Origin: Basidioascus undulatus
Taxonomy: Eukaryota
Direction of reading: 5' to 3'
Length of the DNA: 64,000 bases
Assembly (NCBI GenBank): GCA_000826855.1
Contig: JTLS01000008.1
Span: forward strand, 1 to 64,000
The notes beneath the pieces were generated by a model. That model saw only the letters and a program-made list of their open reading frames with translations, did no database searches and was not told the origin of the DNA. A program made the position numbers and the translations under genes. Position 1 is the first letter of the stretch. The number at the start of each line of letters is the position of its first letter. This document shows, piece after piece, positions 1-13,016 of this stretch.

Positions 1-1223
1 CCCGCGGCCGAGTCCCCTGCCCCGCCGCAGCAGCCCCAGAAGCGCGGCAAAGGCGGGCGCTTCCTCAAGAAGAACGCGCCCTCCTCGTCCGGCTCGCGCG
101 CCACCGCGGGAACGGGAACGGGGCCAGCATCCTCGGCCGCTTCGACCCCCGTCCAGCACCGCATGGCCACTGCCTCGCCCGCGCCAGAGTCGCCCGCGCC
201 GTCATCCCCTGCTCCTGCTGCGGCGCCCACGCCCGCGGAGGAGAAGGAGAAGCCTCCGAGCAGCAGGGAGGGGAAGCGCTGGAGGGTGGACGAAGAAGAG
301 GGTGAGAAGGAGGTGGAGGAGGAGGTGAAGGAGGAGGTGAAGGAAAAGGGGATGGAGAGGGAGAAAGAGGACGAGGGGAAAGGTAGGGAAAGGGAGAGGG
401 AGAAGAGGGAGGACACGGCGGAGGCGGAGGATTCGGAGGCGGCTGCAAGGAGGAAGCGGACGGAGAAGGCGACTGCTGCGAGGAAAGGTGCGTGGATGGA
501 GAGGAAAAGGATAGGGAGTGTGGAATGGGAAGGGAAGGATGGGGGTGCTGATAAGAGGGTGCGGGCCGATAGCGAGCCTGGCGGCTGCGAGCAAGCGCAA
601 GGCGGCGGAGATGGCGGATACGACTGATGGGGGAACGGACGACGATGGTCCGCCCTTCCTTCTCCCCTTCTACCCATCAAGCAAAGGAAAGTCTAAAGCC
701 TTCAGCCCTTCCCTCTCAGGCCGCTCCACCCCCGCTCCCTCCAAGCGCCCCCGCCCCACGCCCGACGACGCCTCCGCCGCCTCCAAGCGCTTCCAAAAGC
801 TGATCCTGACCCTCTGGGCGGACATCTCCTCGCATCGCAGCGGGGCGATCTTCAACTCCCCCATCCGCGCGAACGAGGCGCCCGGGTACCACGAGCTCGT
901 GCACCGCCCGATGGACTTGAGCACTATCAAGCGGCGCGTGCGCGATGGGCAGATTAGCACGAGTCTGGAGTTCGCTAAGGATACGTTGTTGATGTTTGCG
1001 AATTCGATGATGTATAATGAGCCAGGGAGCGATATTTGGGTGATGGCGGAGGAGGTGAGTCCTTAGCCTTCCGTCCCTCGCGCAACCCGGCCCCGAGAGA
1101 GGGGAGTCAGGAGAGGGGAGATGGTAGGGCGGTGCTGATTGGGAGAGGTACCGGCAGATGATGAACTTTGCCGAGACGGCGATCAAGAACTTTAGGCAGA
1201 CCGAGTCGAATCTGATGTACTAG
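1..1223 (+). CDS. Bromodomain-containing protein (BRD8-like), 3' part; 5' end lies outside the window
   Basis: Bromodomain FQKLILTLWADISSHRSGAIFNSPIRANEAPGYHELVHRPMDLSTIKRRVRDGQI...LMFANSMMYN. Introns about 489-571 and 1055-1157 (GTGAGT...CAG). Last exon MMNFAETAIKNFRQTESNLMY* is 1158-1223. Confidence 0.85.
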
Positions 1224-1395
1224 TCTTCGGACGGTTGGGGTGGGGCGCATGATGGTTCTTCTTGTACATGGTTTGGCACTCGCATGATATGGTTATGTTT
1301 TATGTACGTTGCCGAGTGAAGCGTGCTCCGAGACGTTGGGTGGAACGCAGTCGGCCGCGGCATGCAGCTTCGCTCTCATCTGGCATCGGCGTCTC

Positions 1396-2893
1396 TCAAG
1401 AATCCAGATCACATCCAGGCGACCTCTCTGCCGCCCTGCTTCCTACGCCGCTCCCACTCCCGATCCCGCTCTCTTTGGCTCCACCCCGCAGAAGCAGCCG
1501 TCGCCGGCCTCCCCAGGTCCGGACCTCATGCCCCCTGCCCCCAACCCCCTTCTCGCTCGCGGAGGATACGTTCTCGATCTCGACGGCCCATGACGATACT
1601 AGGATCGGTGCTGGCCCACGGGTACGGCTCGCCTGAGGGCGCGGTGCTCACGAGGTCGGCGGGGGCTGGGGGGGGGAAGGGGTACTGCGGTCGAGAAAGA
1701 AAGTTTTAATGAGGTGAGGAGGGGATGGGGAAAGTCGGAGAGGGGAGAAAGGAGAAGAGGCATGGGAAAAGGGAGGGAAAAAGAGAGGGAAAGGAGAGGA
1801 CGCGCGTTGCGGGTTTGTTCGAACCAGACGTCCGGGTTCCTGTTGTGTTTTCAGGCCGGTAAGATCCTTGAAGAAAAAATAACAAAGAGAGACCGGATGA
1901 AAGAGTGTCGAGACTGAGACTGACCCGTGCACCAGCAGCGCAGTGAAAAACAGCCAGACCCACAAGGCGGTGACTGCGGCACGCACGTTCGGGTCGGGGG
2001 GAAGAGGTCAGTGGGGAGGTTGAAAGTCTTTGGACAATGAACTGAGAGAGAAAACAGACTTGCTCAGTAGCCAGTTGCACCAAGTCAGCCCGATCGCAGC
2101 GTGGATCTCATTACAGGTCGCGCCTTTTCTCCTCCCCGCCCCGTATCAGCAATTTCCTGTCCCCCAAACTACTTCCTCCACGCACCGATTCCCCCACACC
2201 TCGGCACCGTCTCCCTCCCCACCCTCTCACCCTCCTGCGCCGTCTGCACCGTGAGAGCCAAGCCCGAAGCGAGGTACAGCGCGCTGAGGAGCCCCGTCCA
2301 GAGTAGCTCGAGCCAGACGCGCCCCCAGACTTCGGTGGGTTGGAGGCGCTCGAGGAGGAGCCTGCGCCACAGAGAAAGGGACCTGAGCAGCGTGGGGAGA
2401 GGAAGGAAGGGGGGAGGAAGGAGAAGAGGGGAGGGAGGGGAGCTGGTGAGGAGGAGAAAAAGGGAGGGGGCGCACAGGATTGAGGTGGTGAGGAGGGAGA
2501 AGAGGGAGGTGAAGATGGTTAGGGCGACGGTGATCCCTGTGCGTGTAGGGCCGGTCTTGCGTCTTTCAACGGTGCTAAAATATAAGGATGCGGGAAATGG
2601 TGGGCGGGACTGACACGCCCCAGTAAGCCTGGTCACATCCTTTCGAGGACATCCTTGTCAGCACCGCAGGTGAGCTTCAGGACGCAGCGCACAGCGCACC
2701 TGTTGCGATGCAACTGCACAGCAGAGAACGAAGTCGGCAAAGGAGATGGCCAGGGAGGCGTCTGGCTCCCACGGAGGATCTCTTCGTGAATCGTATCTCG
2801 AGCCGGGGAGTGTCATGAAGGAAAGGGCGCACAGTACAGTCGGAGTCGCAGTCGGCGGATGGGGAACTGCGGCTGCAGGGCGTATGGATCCAT
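1396..2893 (-). CDS. Multi-exon multi-pass membrane protein (MARVEL-like)
   Basis: Start MDPYALQPQFPIRRLRLRLY, then hydrophobic exons GITVALTIFTSLFSLL, VWLELLWTGLLSALYLASGLALT and AVTALWVWLFFTALLVHG separated by GT-AG introns. The 3' end is uncertain. Confidence 0.5.
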
Positions 2894-3392
2894 GGGAGGT
2901 AGCGGAGAAGACCGATGGGCTTGGAGAAATAGAGGATTTGGACGGGTCGAGAGAAAGGTGGGAACGCCCCGAGGATGCGTTCCGATCTGTGCTTGATCAA
3001 ACTTCGACGACGACGGGCGGCGAACCGGAACGAAGCGGAAGCCGCTGCCGCTTCCTGACAAGGTCCAACTTTCTGGTGAATCGCTGCGCAACTGCTCGTC
3101 TGTCGTTGTCACAGTCGTATAAAGGTTTTTAAATAAAGGGTTTTTTAATACAAGGAAGTTCGTCTGAATATGCTCTTCGGGTCCCTGAGAGCATGTTCTT
3201 CCATGGGCATTTTCAGCGCTAGTGGAACACTGAGTCCGACTTGAAACTCACATCCCCACGTGTTAGGCATGTTTTGGCCGCCATGGTTTGGTATATATAA
3301 CCTTTCAAAAAAACCCGTGTAACTAAAAATCTGAGCCTTTTCATATACTAAAGAAGGATCATTTTTATGTCTTCAGGAGTTGATAGTCATCC

Positions 3393-3473
3393 GGCCTGAT
3401 GGTCTAGTAGTATGATTTTCCCTTAGGGTGTTCCGATTGGGAGAGGTCCCGGGTTCAATTCCCGGTTAGGCCC
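3393..3473 (+). tRNA. tRNA-Pro(AGG) with 9-nt intron
   Basis: Acceptor stem GGCCTGA/TTAGGCC, A-box TGGTCTAGTAG, anticodon arm TTCCC-TT-AGG-G[tgttccgat]T-GGGAG, T-arm CCGGG-TTCAATT-CCCGG, then T-runs (Pol III terminator). Confidence 0.93.
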
Positions 3474-4100
3474 TTTCTTTTGCCTTTTTACCTCCTCCAT
3501 ACGATGAGGAAAGACACCCGAGGGTGAGATGTGAAAGAGCGTTTAGCGGCAGTCGGCAGTCAGTGCCTTGTTGCAGCTTTGCCCCACGCACCTTCCTTCA
3601 GTCGCCGACCCCCGTCCCTTTGAGATTGGCCGGTTTCTGAAGAAGTCATTGACGTTCGGTCGGTAATGCAATACATCTTGCATATACAGTCTCGTTCTGG
3701 GTCCGTAATTGCCTGTGAGTGTGTGCATGGTGCAGCGGTACGAAGAACCCGTGCCCTGCAAGTGGTGCCACGGTATGAGCACCATGTTGCTGGGTATGTA
3801 CGAAGACTATCGTCGGAAACATCTGCGTAGATCTACGATACAGTGTTTCTGCAAGATATTGTTATCAATATCTCATACCGAGCCTTTCAAAAATGCAAGA
3901 AGCGCTGTGAAACACGAAACGCAGCCGTGTTGAAACTCCCACGGTCGCCAAGAAACAAAAAATGACGAGGAGAGAAGACCGTCAAAGTCACGTTGTGGCT
4001 GATCGACAGCAGCTGTCACAAGCTCGCCGTTCGCTCTCCACACTCTCCCAATCCACACAAAGACACCGCATTCGCACTTCCACAACGACGACGACGCGCG

Positions 4101-7100
4101 ATGGTCCGACGAGCAGGTGCAGCGGCGGCAGCGGCGGCGCTCGCGACGCTCTGCGCGTCGAGCTCCGCGCTGCAGATCCCCCTCAATGCCGGCCTGGAGG
4201 AGCAGCATGGACACCTGGTTGCGCCCCTGGCGGGAGAGGTCTTGTCTGCGACGGGGAGGAAGCTGGTAGGACGGTTTCTGCACATCTCTGATTTCCATCC
4301 GTACGTCTGTGCGTTTCTCCAACCGCTTGGGTGCCTCTTACACTGGACGGGGGCACAGGGACAAGTACTGTGAGCGCGAGATGGCGTTGTAGGCTCGCTT
4401 GGCGGGGCACTGATGGGTTGCGCGGGGAGCAGACTTGGTCGGCGCGTCGGAGAAGAGCAAGTGCCATTCGAAGCACCCGAAGAAGGACAAGAGCCGTGCG
4501 GGGGAGTACGGCATCGGCGCGAGGTGAGCGCTCTCGCGCGCAGAGAAGAGGCTCAGAGCTGAGGGGAAGCGGCGGGATCAGTGACTGCGACGCCCCGCCG
4601 GCGCTGATCAATGTCACGTTTGACTGGCTGAGGGAGGAGTGGGCGGACGGGAAGCTGGACTTCATTGTTTGGACAGGTGCGTGTCAGGTGGAGGCTGGAT
4701 GGGAGATCGCAGCAGGATGGGTAGCTGATGGGATTGAGAGTATGGTAGGGGACAATGCGCGACATGTGAGATGCAGTATAGTATTTGAGCGTGGATGGGG
4801 AGCGGAGCTTACGGTGATGAGCAGGACCTGGCATATGCCCCACCACGGTACGTCTTCCTTGCTGCCCGATTGCCTTGCCTCTCATTTTCTGACAATTCCT
4901 CTATGCGGGACATCACAGCACACTGGATGAAATTCTAGAAGCGAACCAGTGGATAGTTTCCAAGATGAAGGAGGTGTTCGGCGATTCCATCCCCATCGTG
5001 CCTTCAATCGGTGCGTCTCTCTTCTCGTCTTTTATGTGGAACAGGAACAGGTATTAAGCAGCGCGTGAAAACAGGCAACAACGATATATTCCCTCATAAC
5101 ATGTCAGAGCATTGCAATATGATCTTCCGCACAGCGCTAACACGGACACGACGCTGCAGCATGTACCCTGGCCCGTCCGCGATCATCAAGGAGTTCCAAA
5201 AGTGCGTCTCCCTCTCTGTAATTTCACAGCGGCGGCATGTGCTCATCTCAATCGCAGAATCTGGAGAGACTACATTCCGGAAGACCAGGTGCGCAGTGCT
5301 GCATTCATTCAGAAAGCGTACAGCTGACGGTACGTCTCCGCTAGTTCCACACCTTCGAGCGTGGCGCGTACTTCACCCGCGAAGTCATCCCCAACGAGCT
5401 GGCTGTCATTAGCCTGAGTGAGTCTTGCCATCACATTCATCCTCCTGGACGAGGCTGACCTGTTTCCCTTTCCCAGACACCCTGTACTGGTACGACTCGA
5501 ACAAGGGTACGTCTTCCTTTCACCCCATCCCCGTTCCCCACTCTCCTAACCCCCCCTGGCATTCGCAGCCGTCGACGGCAAGTCCCCTTCCCTGCGTTTT
5601 CCGCGGTTACTCAACTGAACACGACCACAGGCTGCGACTTTGGTTCTTCCGAGCCGGGCGCGGTCGAGTTCGACTGGCTCGAGGCGCAGCTCGAGCAGTT
5701 CCGCGCGCGGGGGATGCAGGTCTGGTTGTCGGGGTGCGTCGACGACTCTCGTCATGCCAACTAGACTGGAGTCTGACGGGCGCGACACAGCCACGTCCCG
5801 CCGACGCCGGGCAACTACTACCAGGAGACGAGCTGCTACCAGCGGTTCGGGGACCTCGCGGTGCGGTAGTGCGTCTGTTGTGGTTGGCTTCGCGGTGTGT
5901 GCTATATGCTGATCAGCGCTGCGGGCGGACAGCCAAGATACGATTTTGGGGACGCTGTACGTCGTGGGACGGATGGAGTGAGAGGGGCGCATGCTGATAG
6001 TTTGGAGGGACGCAGGACGAGCCATGTGCGATCATTTGGTGGATTTGCGGTTGTTAGGTGGAGACGCTGACACCTGACACCCCCTCCGCTTCTGCTGCCG
6101 CATTTTAGATGAACGGTAAGCCCGTTGTCGTCTTCTTTAGCGTGGGATCGAAGCTGATCATGACCCCTTACAGTTGACCATGTCCGTGCCATCCCGAATA
6201 CCACCCACTAACCGCCACGCTGACGCTGCTCCCGTCCATCTTCCGCAGTTCTTCTGGATGGTGTGTCATCCGCCCTTTCCCTTCCTAATCCGCAGCGACT
6301 GACCTCCCCTCAACTAGGACCGCACCGAGCTCGTCTCGATGGATGCGACGCCTGCCGAGTTCAGCGCGGTCGCGGCGTCCTCGCCTGCGCGGATTTCGCG
6401 CATGCGCGCGGCGCCGCGGTGGGAGCTGACGTGCGCGGACCGCGTGCATACCGAGAGCCTCATGACGGATCTCATGCAGGACTTTGCGGACCTGCCCGAG
6501 GACCCGAAGCTCAGGCATTACTCGATCATCAATGTTTCCCCTTCGGTAGGTTGGGTATGCGCAAAGTGAGAGGGTGGAGGAAAGGGGCGGCGTGCTGAGC
6601 GGCTGGGGGTGGGACAGGTCATTCCGACGTACTTCCCTTCGACTCGCTTGTACACGTACAATGCAACTAGGACGAACGAGACGAAGCGCCAGTGGGAGAT
6701 GCGGGCTGAGGAGGGGGAGGATGACAAGGCGGAGGAGGATGAGGGTGAGGGTGAGGATGAGGATGAGGATGAGGATGAGGATGAGGATGAGGATGAGGAT
6801 GAGGATGAGGAGACGGGTAGAGAGGTAGACGAAGATGGAGATGGGCAGGAGGAAGTTCAGGTGCGCGAGCTTGAGTTTGCAGTCCTAATCCGCCACATCT
6901 GACCCTTTCGAACAGGAACCGAAGCGGAACCACGGCCACCAAGTCTGCCCCCCCCCTCACCTTCCTCTCCCTGTCCTGCTATGATTGCTGATTTTTTGGG
7001 GGGGTTCTTCTACAGCGCCCCGGAAAGCGACCGAGCAAGCGCTCCTGCAGGAAGCGCAAGAACCGCGGCAAGCTGCGCTGCCAGAAGAAGAAGCCTGCGC

Positions 7101-7819
7101 ATACGTCGCCGGACTCGCCAAGCCGGAAGAACACGTTCTTGTGCGTTTCGCGTTCCTCCACTGCTAAGCCTTCTGCAACGGCGGTACTCATTTTCGGCAT
7201 CGGTGTGCAGAACGCCCCTCGGATACACGCAGTACGCTCTTGACGTCTGGATGAAACCGGATGGCAGTCGGCTGAACTTGGCGCGGTTTGCAGGTACTAT
7301 ATCGACTTGGACCGGTACTATGCGGAGGAGGCGCAGCGGCATCGGCACAACAAGGGGAAGCGGAAGGGCAAGAAGGGCGACCGTGGAGACAAGAAGCACG
7401 TCCCGCAGTTCGAGATCGAGTGCGCCTTCCTCCCTTACTCTTCCCCTCCTCTTTCCCCATTTCCTCGTCCCCATTTCAAATTTTGCTTCCCGCAGATACG
7501 TTACCTACACGATCGACGCGATCCGGAAAGACGAGCCCATCCCTCACCACCACCTCCCCGGCTTGGCGCTCAAGGACGGTGGTAACGAGCCCGTCCTCCC
7601 CCACAGGCGCCCGCTCGCACCGTACAAGATGCCCGACCTCACGATCGGGAGCTACCTCGGCTTGGCGAAGAGCATCGCGAAGAACCGGAGGCTCAGGGAG
7701 CTCTTTTTGGAGTACATGTGCGTCGCTGACTTTATGCTCCTCGGCATAGAGAGATGGGGGGTGCTGATGAGCGGGCGTGGATGCGAAACAGGTTCACCAG
7801 CACCGGTGAAACGAATTGA
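4101..7819 (+). CDS. PPN1: Endopolyphosphatase (calcineurin-like metallophosphoesterase)
   Basis: N-terminal hydrophobic leader; motifs GRFLHISDFHP, SDCDAP, DFIVWTGDNARH, IVPSIGNNDIFPHN, SHMNVDHF, INVSPSVIPTYFP, LGYTQY, YKMPDLTIGSY. Many introns. Confidence 0.88.
6735..6810 (+). repeat. (GAGGAT)n hexamer microsatellite encoding a poly-(Glu-Asp) tract in PPN1
   Basis: Direct reading: GAGGAT/GAGGGT in tandem about 12 times. Confidence 0.9.
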
Positions 7820-8550
7820 GCCCACGGCTTCCCCCTTTCACCCTTTCTTCCCTCGGTGCCTTGTCTTCGTCCGCATATACAGCTATCTCTGTTCCTTCCT
7901 TTGTCTTTATTGTCTGATCGCATTCACCATCTCGCTCGACTCGGACCTGCTCTTTGTACACAACGAACCTTACGCATTTCGCAACGCTGCGACTTATTGC
8001 TTTTTCGGCCTTTTTGGTATTGCCAGATGTTATCATTAATGGGGACTGATGGAGGTCCACGCAAATTATGGACGGAGGATGAGCGAGCGATCCGAGTAAC
8101 AGCGTTCCGGCTTGAGGCCATCATGGGAGGAACGTCGGCCTATTCGATTTTTTCTCCGCTGCTGGTACTCTATGTTTCCCTTCGTTTGCAATATCAGGCA
8201 TACGGGGCCGAGTGGTCGCGACTGTTGAGGCAATCTGTCACCGCGAGTTGTCGGCAGTATTACACCAAGACATTGGCGTTTTGTCTATGGGCTGCGATAA
8301 AGCCTTATGCTCCCAATTATCCTGTGCATGGGGTTTAGTCCATGGAACTTTCCCTTCCGCATCCGACGTTTCAAGGGAACGCGGTGAAAACGGACACAGC
8401 CACTTGTTCGAGCCCATACAAACAATGCCACTGCCTCGTGGACCGGGAGCATTCTGCGTAAGTTTCCAGCCCTGGAATAATTGCTCGTGTGCCTTGTACG
8501 CCCTGATTAGGCCTGGTCACCGCCTAGCGCAGCAGTGGCGATCCTCGGCG

Positions 8551-8575
8551 GTTGCTAGGCAGGCTTTCTGCCTAG
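8551..8575. promoter_or_regulatory. Candidate X-box (RFX site) overlapping an 8-bp inverted repeat, upstream of the RFX gene
   Basis: GTTGCTAGGCAG (reverse strand CTGCCTAGCAAC); inverted repeat CTAGGCAG-gcttt-CTGCCTAG. Confidence 0.35.
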
Positions 8576-8930
8576 TGCTCTCCATTGTGACTTGCGCACA
8601 CGAGCATAGTGTACGCGCATATACACAATCTCTGTGCATTGCACAATATATTTCAGCGCCTGAAGCGGGCGCCGTAGTAAACTGGAAGTTCCGCTTGCGC
8701 CCGCAGGATCCCCGTTGGCGGCCCACCACGACATTCAGGACCCGAGCCGGCGTCGCCTTCTGACCTCCGCCTCCAGGCTCATTCTTTTCCTTCCCTTCGC
8801 ACGCTGCCGGACGGCGCATGTTCAGACCTCTTTAATCCTTCGCAAGTCAGCACGACTTTACGTCCAACTCGCTGGACGAGCTCACCATCTACTTCCCATC
8901 TCTACGTTCCCCCGTCCACTACCGCCTCCC

Positions 8931-11900
8931 ATGGGCGCCTATCTCGCCGAACACGGTAATCCACCGTACCTCTCCTTCGATGCCGGTGGTACACCGGAGT
9001 GGCATGCAAGATATATCCACCGCCGTTCGGACTCGTCCTTCTCCTCGGCATCCTCAGCGTCGTTCAGCAGCCACCAAACGACGGCCTCGTCCGATTCGCT
9101 GCCATCCTTCGACGGCGACTCGCACGCCGTCGCTCCGCCCACGCTCGTCGACGGTCTCATCCCCTCCCACACTGAGATGTACTGCCAGCAGTTCCCTCTC
9201 GGACGCCCCCCGTCCGGCGTGTCGATCTTCACATCCGCTGTGACCTCCTCGCCTCTGCGCAAGTCCCCTCCCGCCGGGCACCCTACACGCACTGCGCCCT
9301 CGCGCCCGAGATCGGCGAGCGCGCCTTACCCAGCATGCGCGCGGGACGCGCTAGTAGGGCTGAGAGTCGAGCAGGAAGTCGCCGACTTTCTCGCGCGCGA
9401 GGAAGAGTTCGCTTTTCCGAGCTTGAAGGAGGAGCCTGCGGAGGAGATGCAGCGGGCGGGACCGCTGCGCGGCGCTCCCTTGGGCGGACGGGATCCGCTT
9501 GAGCAGCTAGCTGCGAACGTTCGGAAGGCGTGAGTAGAAGACGCCTTTCCCCTAGGTAGGCTACGCTCATCCCTCCCTCCCATCTCCAGAGCCAGCACCT
9601 CCGCGACGGACAAGGCGAAGCAGGCTTTCGTGCAGGCGTGGTGAGTGACACCCATACGCCCTTCATCTCGCCTGTCCGCTGACAGCCCACCTTTTCTAGG
9701 TTGAGCGGTGCTTACTGCGCTTTTACTGACGGTATGGCCAGCCTTGATGCATGAGAGGGTTCAGCTGAAATTCATCTCCCTCAGGCAATATTTCGCGGCA
9801 AGAGCTGTACGCCTCGTACGAAGCTGCCTGCGCCAAGTACGGCGCCCGGACCGTCAACGCGGCTTCTTTTGGAAAGGTCCGAGTATCATTGATATTTGAA
9901 AAAGTCGAATTATGCTGATGAAAGGAGGTTTTAGACTGTCCGTGCGTGTTTTCCGATGGTCAAGACGCGTCGGCTCGGAGTCCGCGGAGCGTCGAAGTAC
10001 CACTGTACGTCCTCTCTGAACCACCCCCCCCCGCCCNACACTGAACAGATTCCCTTTCACCAGACTGTGGCGTCCACCCTGCCGCCTCGGCCGAGGTCGA
10101 CGCGCTCGCGGCGCTCGGCAGCGTCGGCGCCCAGGCGTGGTCCATCAGCAGCCCGAGCGGCAGTGTCTCGGGTTCCTCGAGGGCGGACGACGACGACGAC
10201 GACTTTGGAGATGTGGACTCGAGGTTGTCCTTTTCTTCCCATAGTCCTTTCTCCGGTCGGATACTGACGCGCTTGAGGCCTCGCAGCTTCTGCGACTCGC
10301 CCGTCTCACAGCGCAGCGCCCTCGACTTCCCGACGTCTGCCAGCTTTGACCCTCGCACGCCCACCGTCGAGACCGTACTGCACATCCCCACTTCCTGCTC
10401 TACATCCGGGAGGCCCACGCACGCCCGCGGGCGGCCCCCGCGCCCCGTACCGGTGAAGACGCCGGTCGCGCCAGCGATCACGAAGCATCCTCGCTTCCCG
10501 TCCGTCGGCCCCGACTCGCCCGCCGCCGAGGTCTGGGGCTGGTACGCGTCCCACTGCCAGAACCTCGTCGAGGCCATTCGGTCGTACCGCTTCGACTCGT
10601 TCGAGATCTCCCTCCGGACGTTCTTGGTCAGGCTGAACGAGGATCAGAAGCGCGCGGTCATGCAGCCGGAGGTGGCCAATGCGATGGCGATGGTGAGCGG
10701 CATACTCCCTACTACCCCAATCGTGTTCTTCCCTAACAAGTACCGCCTGCAGGCGGACATTGTGGTATACGACGTGATCGTGAGCTATTGACAAAGCAAG
10801 ACGGCCCGGAAGCTGACTCTGCACAGTGCGTCCCACAGGAAATCATCTCCTTCATCCGCTCCCAGACTACAGCGTCCATTCCAGTTTCTTCGCTCGCGTC
10901 GTTGCGCCAACTGGCAGAGAACATGGAGCAAATCCTCGGCGTCTCAATGGAGGGTTTCAGCCAAGTGCGCTTTCTACTTCTTCCCTTTCTTCTGTGCACC
11001 CGGCGTTCTGACCCCTCTCGGAATGTCCGTAGTCGTTCGTCGGCACAAAGATCGAGCTCGGCGCGCGCTTCGGGCACTTAATTCTTCGCTGTTAGTACTT
11101 CGACCCGTTGAAGGAGGGAAAACTTAGCTGACACGATCGGGTATTAAAGTCTTGGACCTGTACCAGATCACGCAGACCCTCGTCTCCATACTGAGCAACA
11201 AGTCGCAGGTCAACCCGATGCTGGAGGCTTGGGAGAAGGTCGACTTCGATGCGGTTCGTCCTTCTTCCTTCACGTTTTCGAGAGGGACACATGGCTGACA
11301 AGCTCTTGACATCTAACCAATGCGCCCTCGTTTGGTACGCTGCCCTTTTACTCTCCGTCGACCGCAGCGGCTGAAATACCCGAGGTTACAGCAACTGCCG
11401 CCACGCCGACTTCACCGAGCTCGTCCAGACCGAGTTCACCGCGGTTATCAAGAAGGTTGTCCTTGGCTGCAACGAGCCGGTTCAAGTCTTGATGGATTTT
11501 GTCAGCCAGGCGGCGGACCACATGCTCGACCAAGGACTGTCGCCTAAAGCGTACGTTGCCAGTTGCCTTTCCGCCTTCGACTGCGTGAGCTGCCGCTAAC
11601 GCTGGAGGGGGAGTAGTGCCATTGAGAGGTTCTGCTTCGTAACTGCACAAATTATCCGGGATCTGGTAGGTTGACTTTCCCAGCAGTCTCGCCGGGGCAC
11701 AGTCGTCGCGGCTGACCCACCCGCATCGCAGACCATGCGCAGCGAGCCGAGCTTCGGAGCTTTCCAGATCCTGAAGCTTTGGGCTGAGTAGGTCCTGATT
11801 GATGGTATCTCCAGGCTGCCTGCTGACGCTTTCTGTCATTCCGCCTCACAGCGACCGGGTGGCTTTCAAGATCCTCTGCGACGTCGCCCTCGCCGTGCAG

Positions 11901-12374
11901 CCTGTGCAGGAGGACCTCTCCGGCGGCGCCCCCGCCGACCTCCCTCCCTTCCCCGCTCAACTTCCGCCTACCGCTCAGATGCCCAACTTGACCTTCTCTC
12001 GCGTGGCTGCTTCCTTCCCCTCCCACCCGACCGACTTCGGCCTACCGCCGCCTTCGCCGCATATCGGGGAGTATGCCGCGGCGCGACCTGCGATCCCTGC
12101 GCCTGCGCCTGCGCACATCCATCGGCCCCCACCGCTCGAGTTCTCAGCACTCAGGACTGCCCTCATGCCGGCCAGCTCGAACGGCGCTGGCGACTACTTC
12201 GCGCTCGACACGCCCATGTACGGGCCGCGGACGGCGATCGCGCCCGCACATGTGGGCAGTCTCCAGGCAGCCTATGAGACGATGGTTTCTGGAGCGGGAT
12301 TGGGAGGGAAATTCTCAGGCTACGCACATATCTCGGAGTATGGCGCGGGGTCGCAGTCGGGGCGGGATGCGTAG
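8931..12374 (+). CDS. RFX1: RFX-family winged-helix transcription factor (Sak1/CPCR1/Rfx1-like)
   Basis: Spliced DNA-binding domain AFVQAWL...NISRQELYASYEAACAKYGARTVNAASFGK|TVRACFPMVKTRRLGVRGASKYH, followed by a helical dimerisation region (YASHCQNLVEAIRSYRF; LRQLAENMEQIL). Confidence 0.9.
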
Positions 12375-13016
12375 ACTGCGATTCAAAGAGTGCCTGTCGT
12401 TCCTTTCGTTCCTTTCTCATCACCTTCCTACTAAAACTTCGATCCAGGCGATCGCCCATATCCCCTCATTGATGGTATCTATCCCTTACTTTCACCGCAT
12501 TACTTCTTGGCAGTGTTCGTTGTACTTTGTCCTTGTTCTTCTGTTAAACCGTTGACACAATCGTTGATAGCCTAGTCTAATGGACTTTTGACCGAAAGCC
12601 ATCTCGACACAGTGTACATATGCTTCGAGGGGTGTCTCTGTGCGGTCCAACAGCGGAACGTGCCGTCCTTCGAGGAGATGAGTGCGCAGTAACTGTTCAG
12701 GGCACTTCGTGGGTGCTCGTCAACTGCTCCGCCTTGCTATTCTGTACCAAGTAGTGGCGGCCTGGACATCCTGCTCGTCTCTTGACGCTGCTCGCGCTCG
12801 ATTAAAAAAAGGGGGTTTTAAGTCTAAAGGGCTGACCTGCAATGTGCGGGCGCAGCTGCACTGTCAACGCGGAATGCGGTATAAGTAGTCAAGTGGCACA
12901 GTCGTCTATTTCCAGTTACAGTATCCCGCCCCTTTGTGGAGCGTTCTCACAACAGTCCGTTACCGGCTGTATGGTACTTTGGTCTTGCAGCCAGAAGCAG
13001 GGGCGTCTGAACGATC

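Noticed and set aside
10037..10037. Ambiguous base N
   Set aside because: It lies in a C-rich tract inside an RFX intron and is a sequencing ambiguity only.
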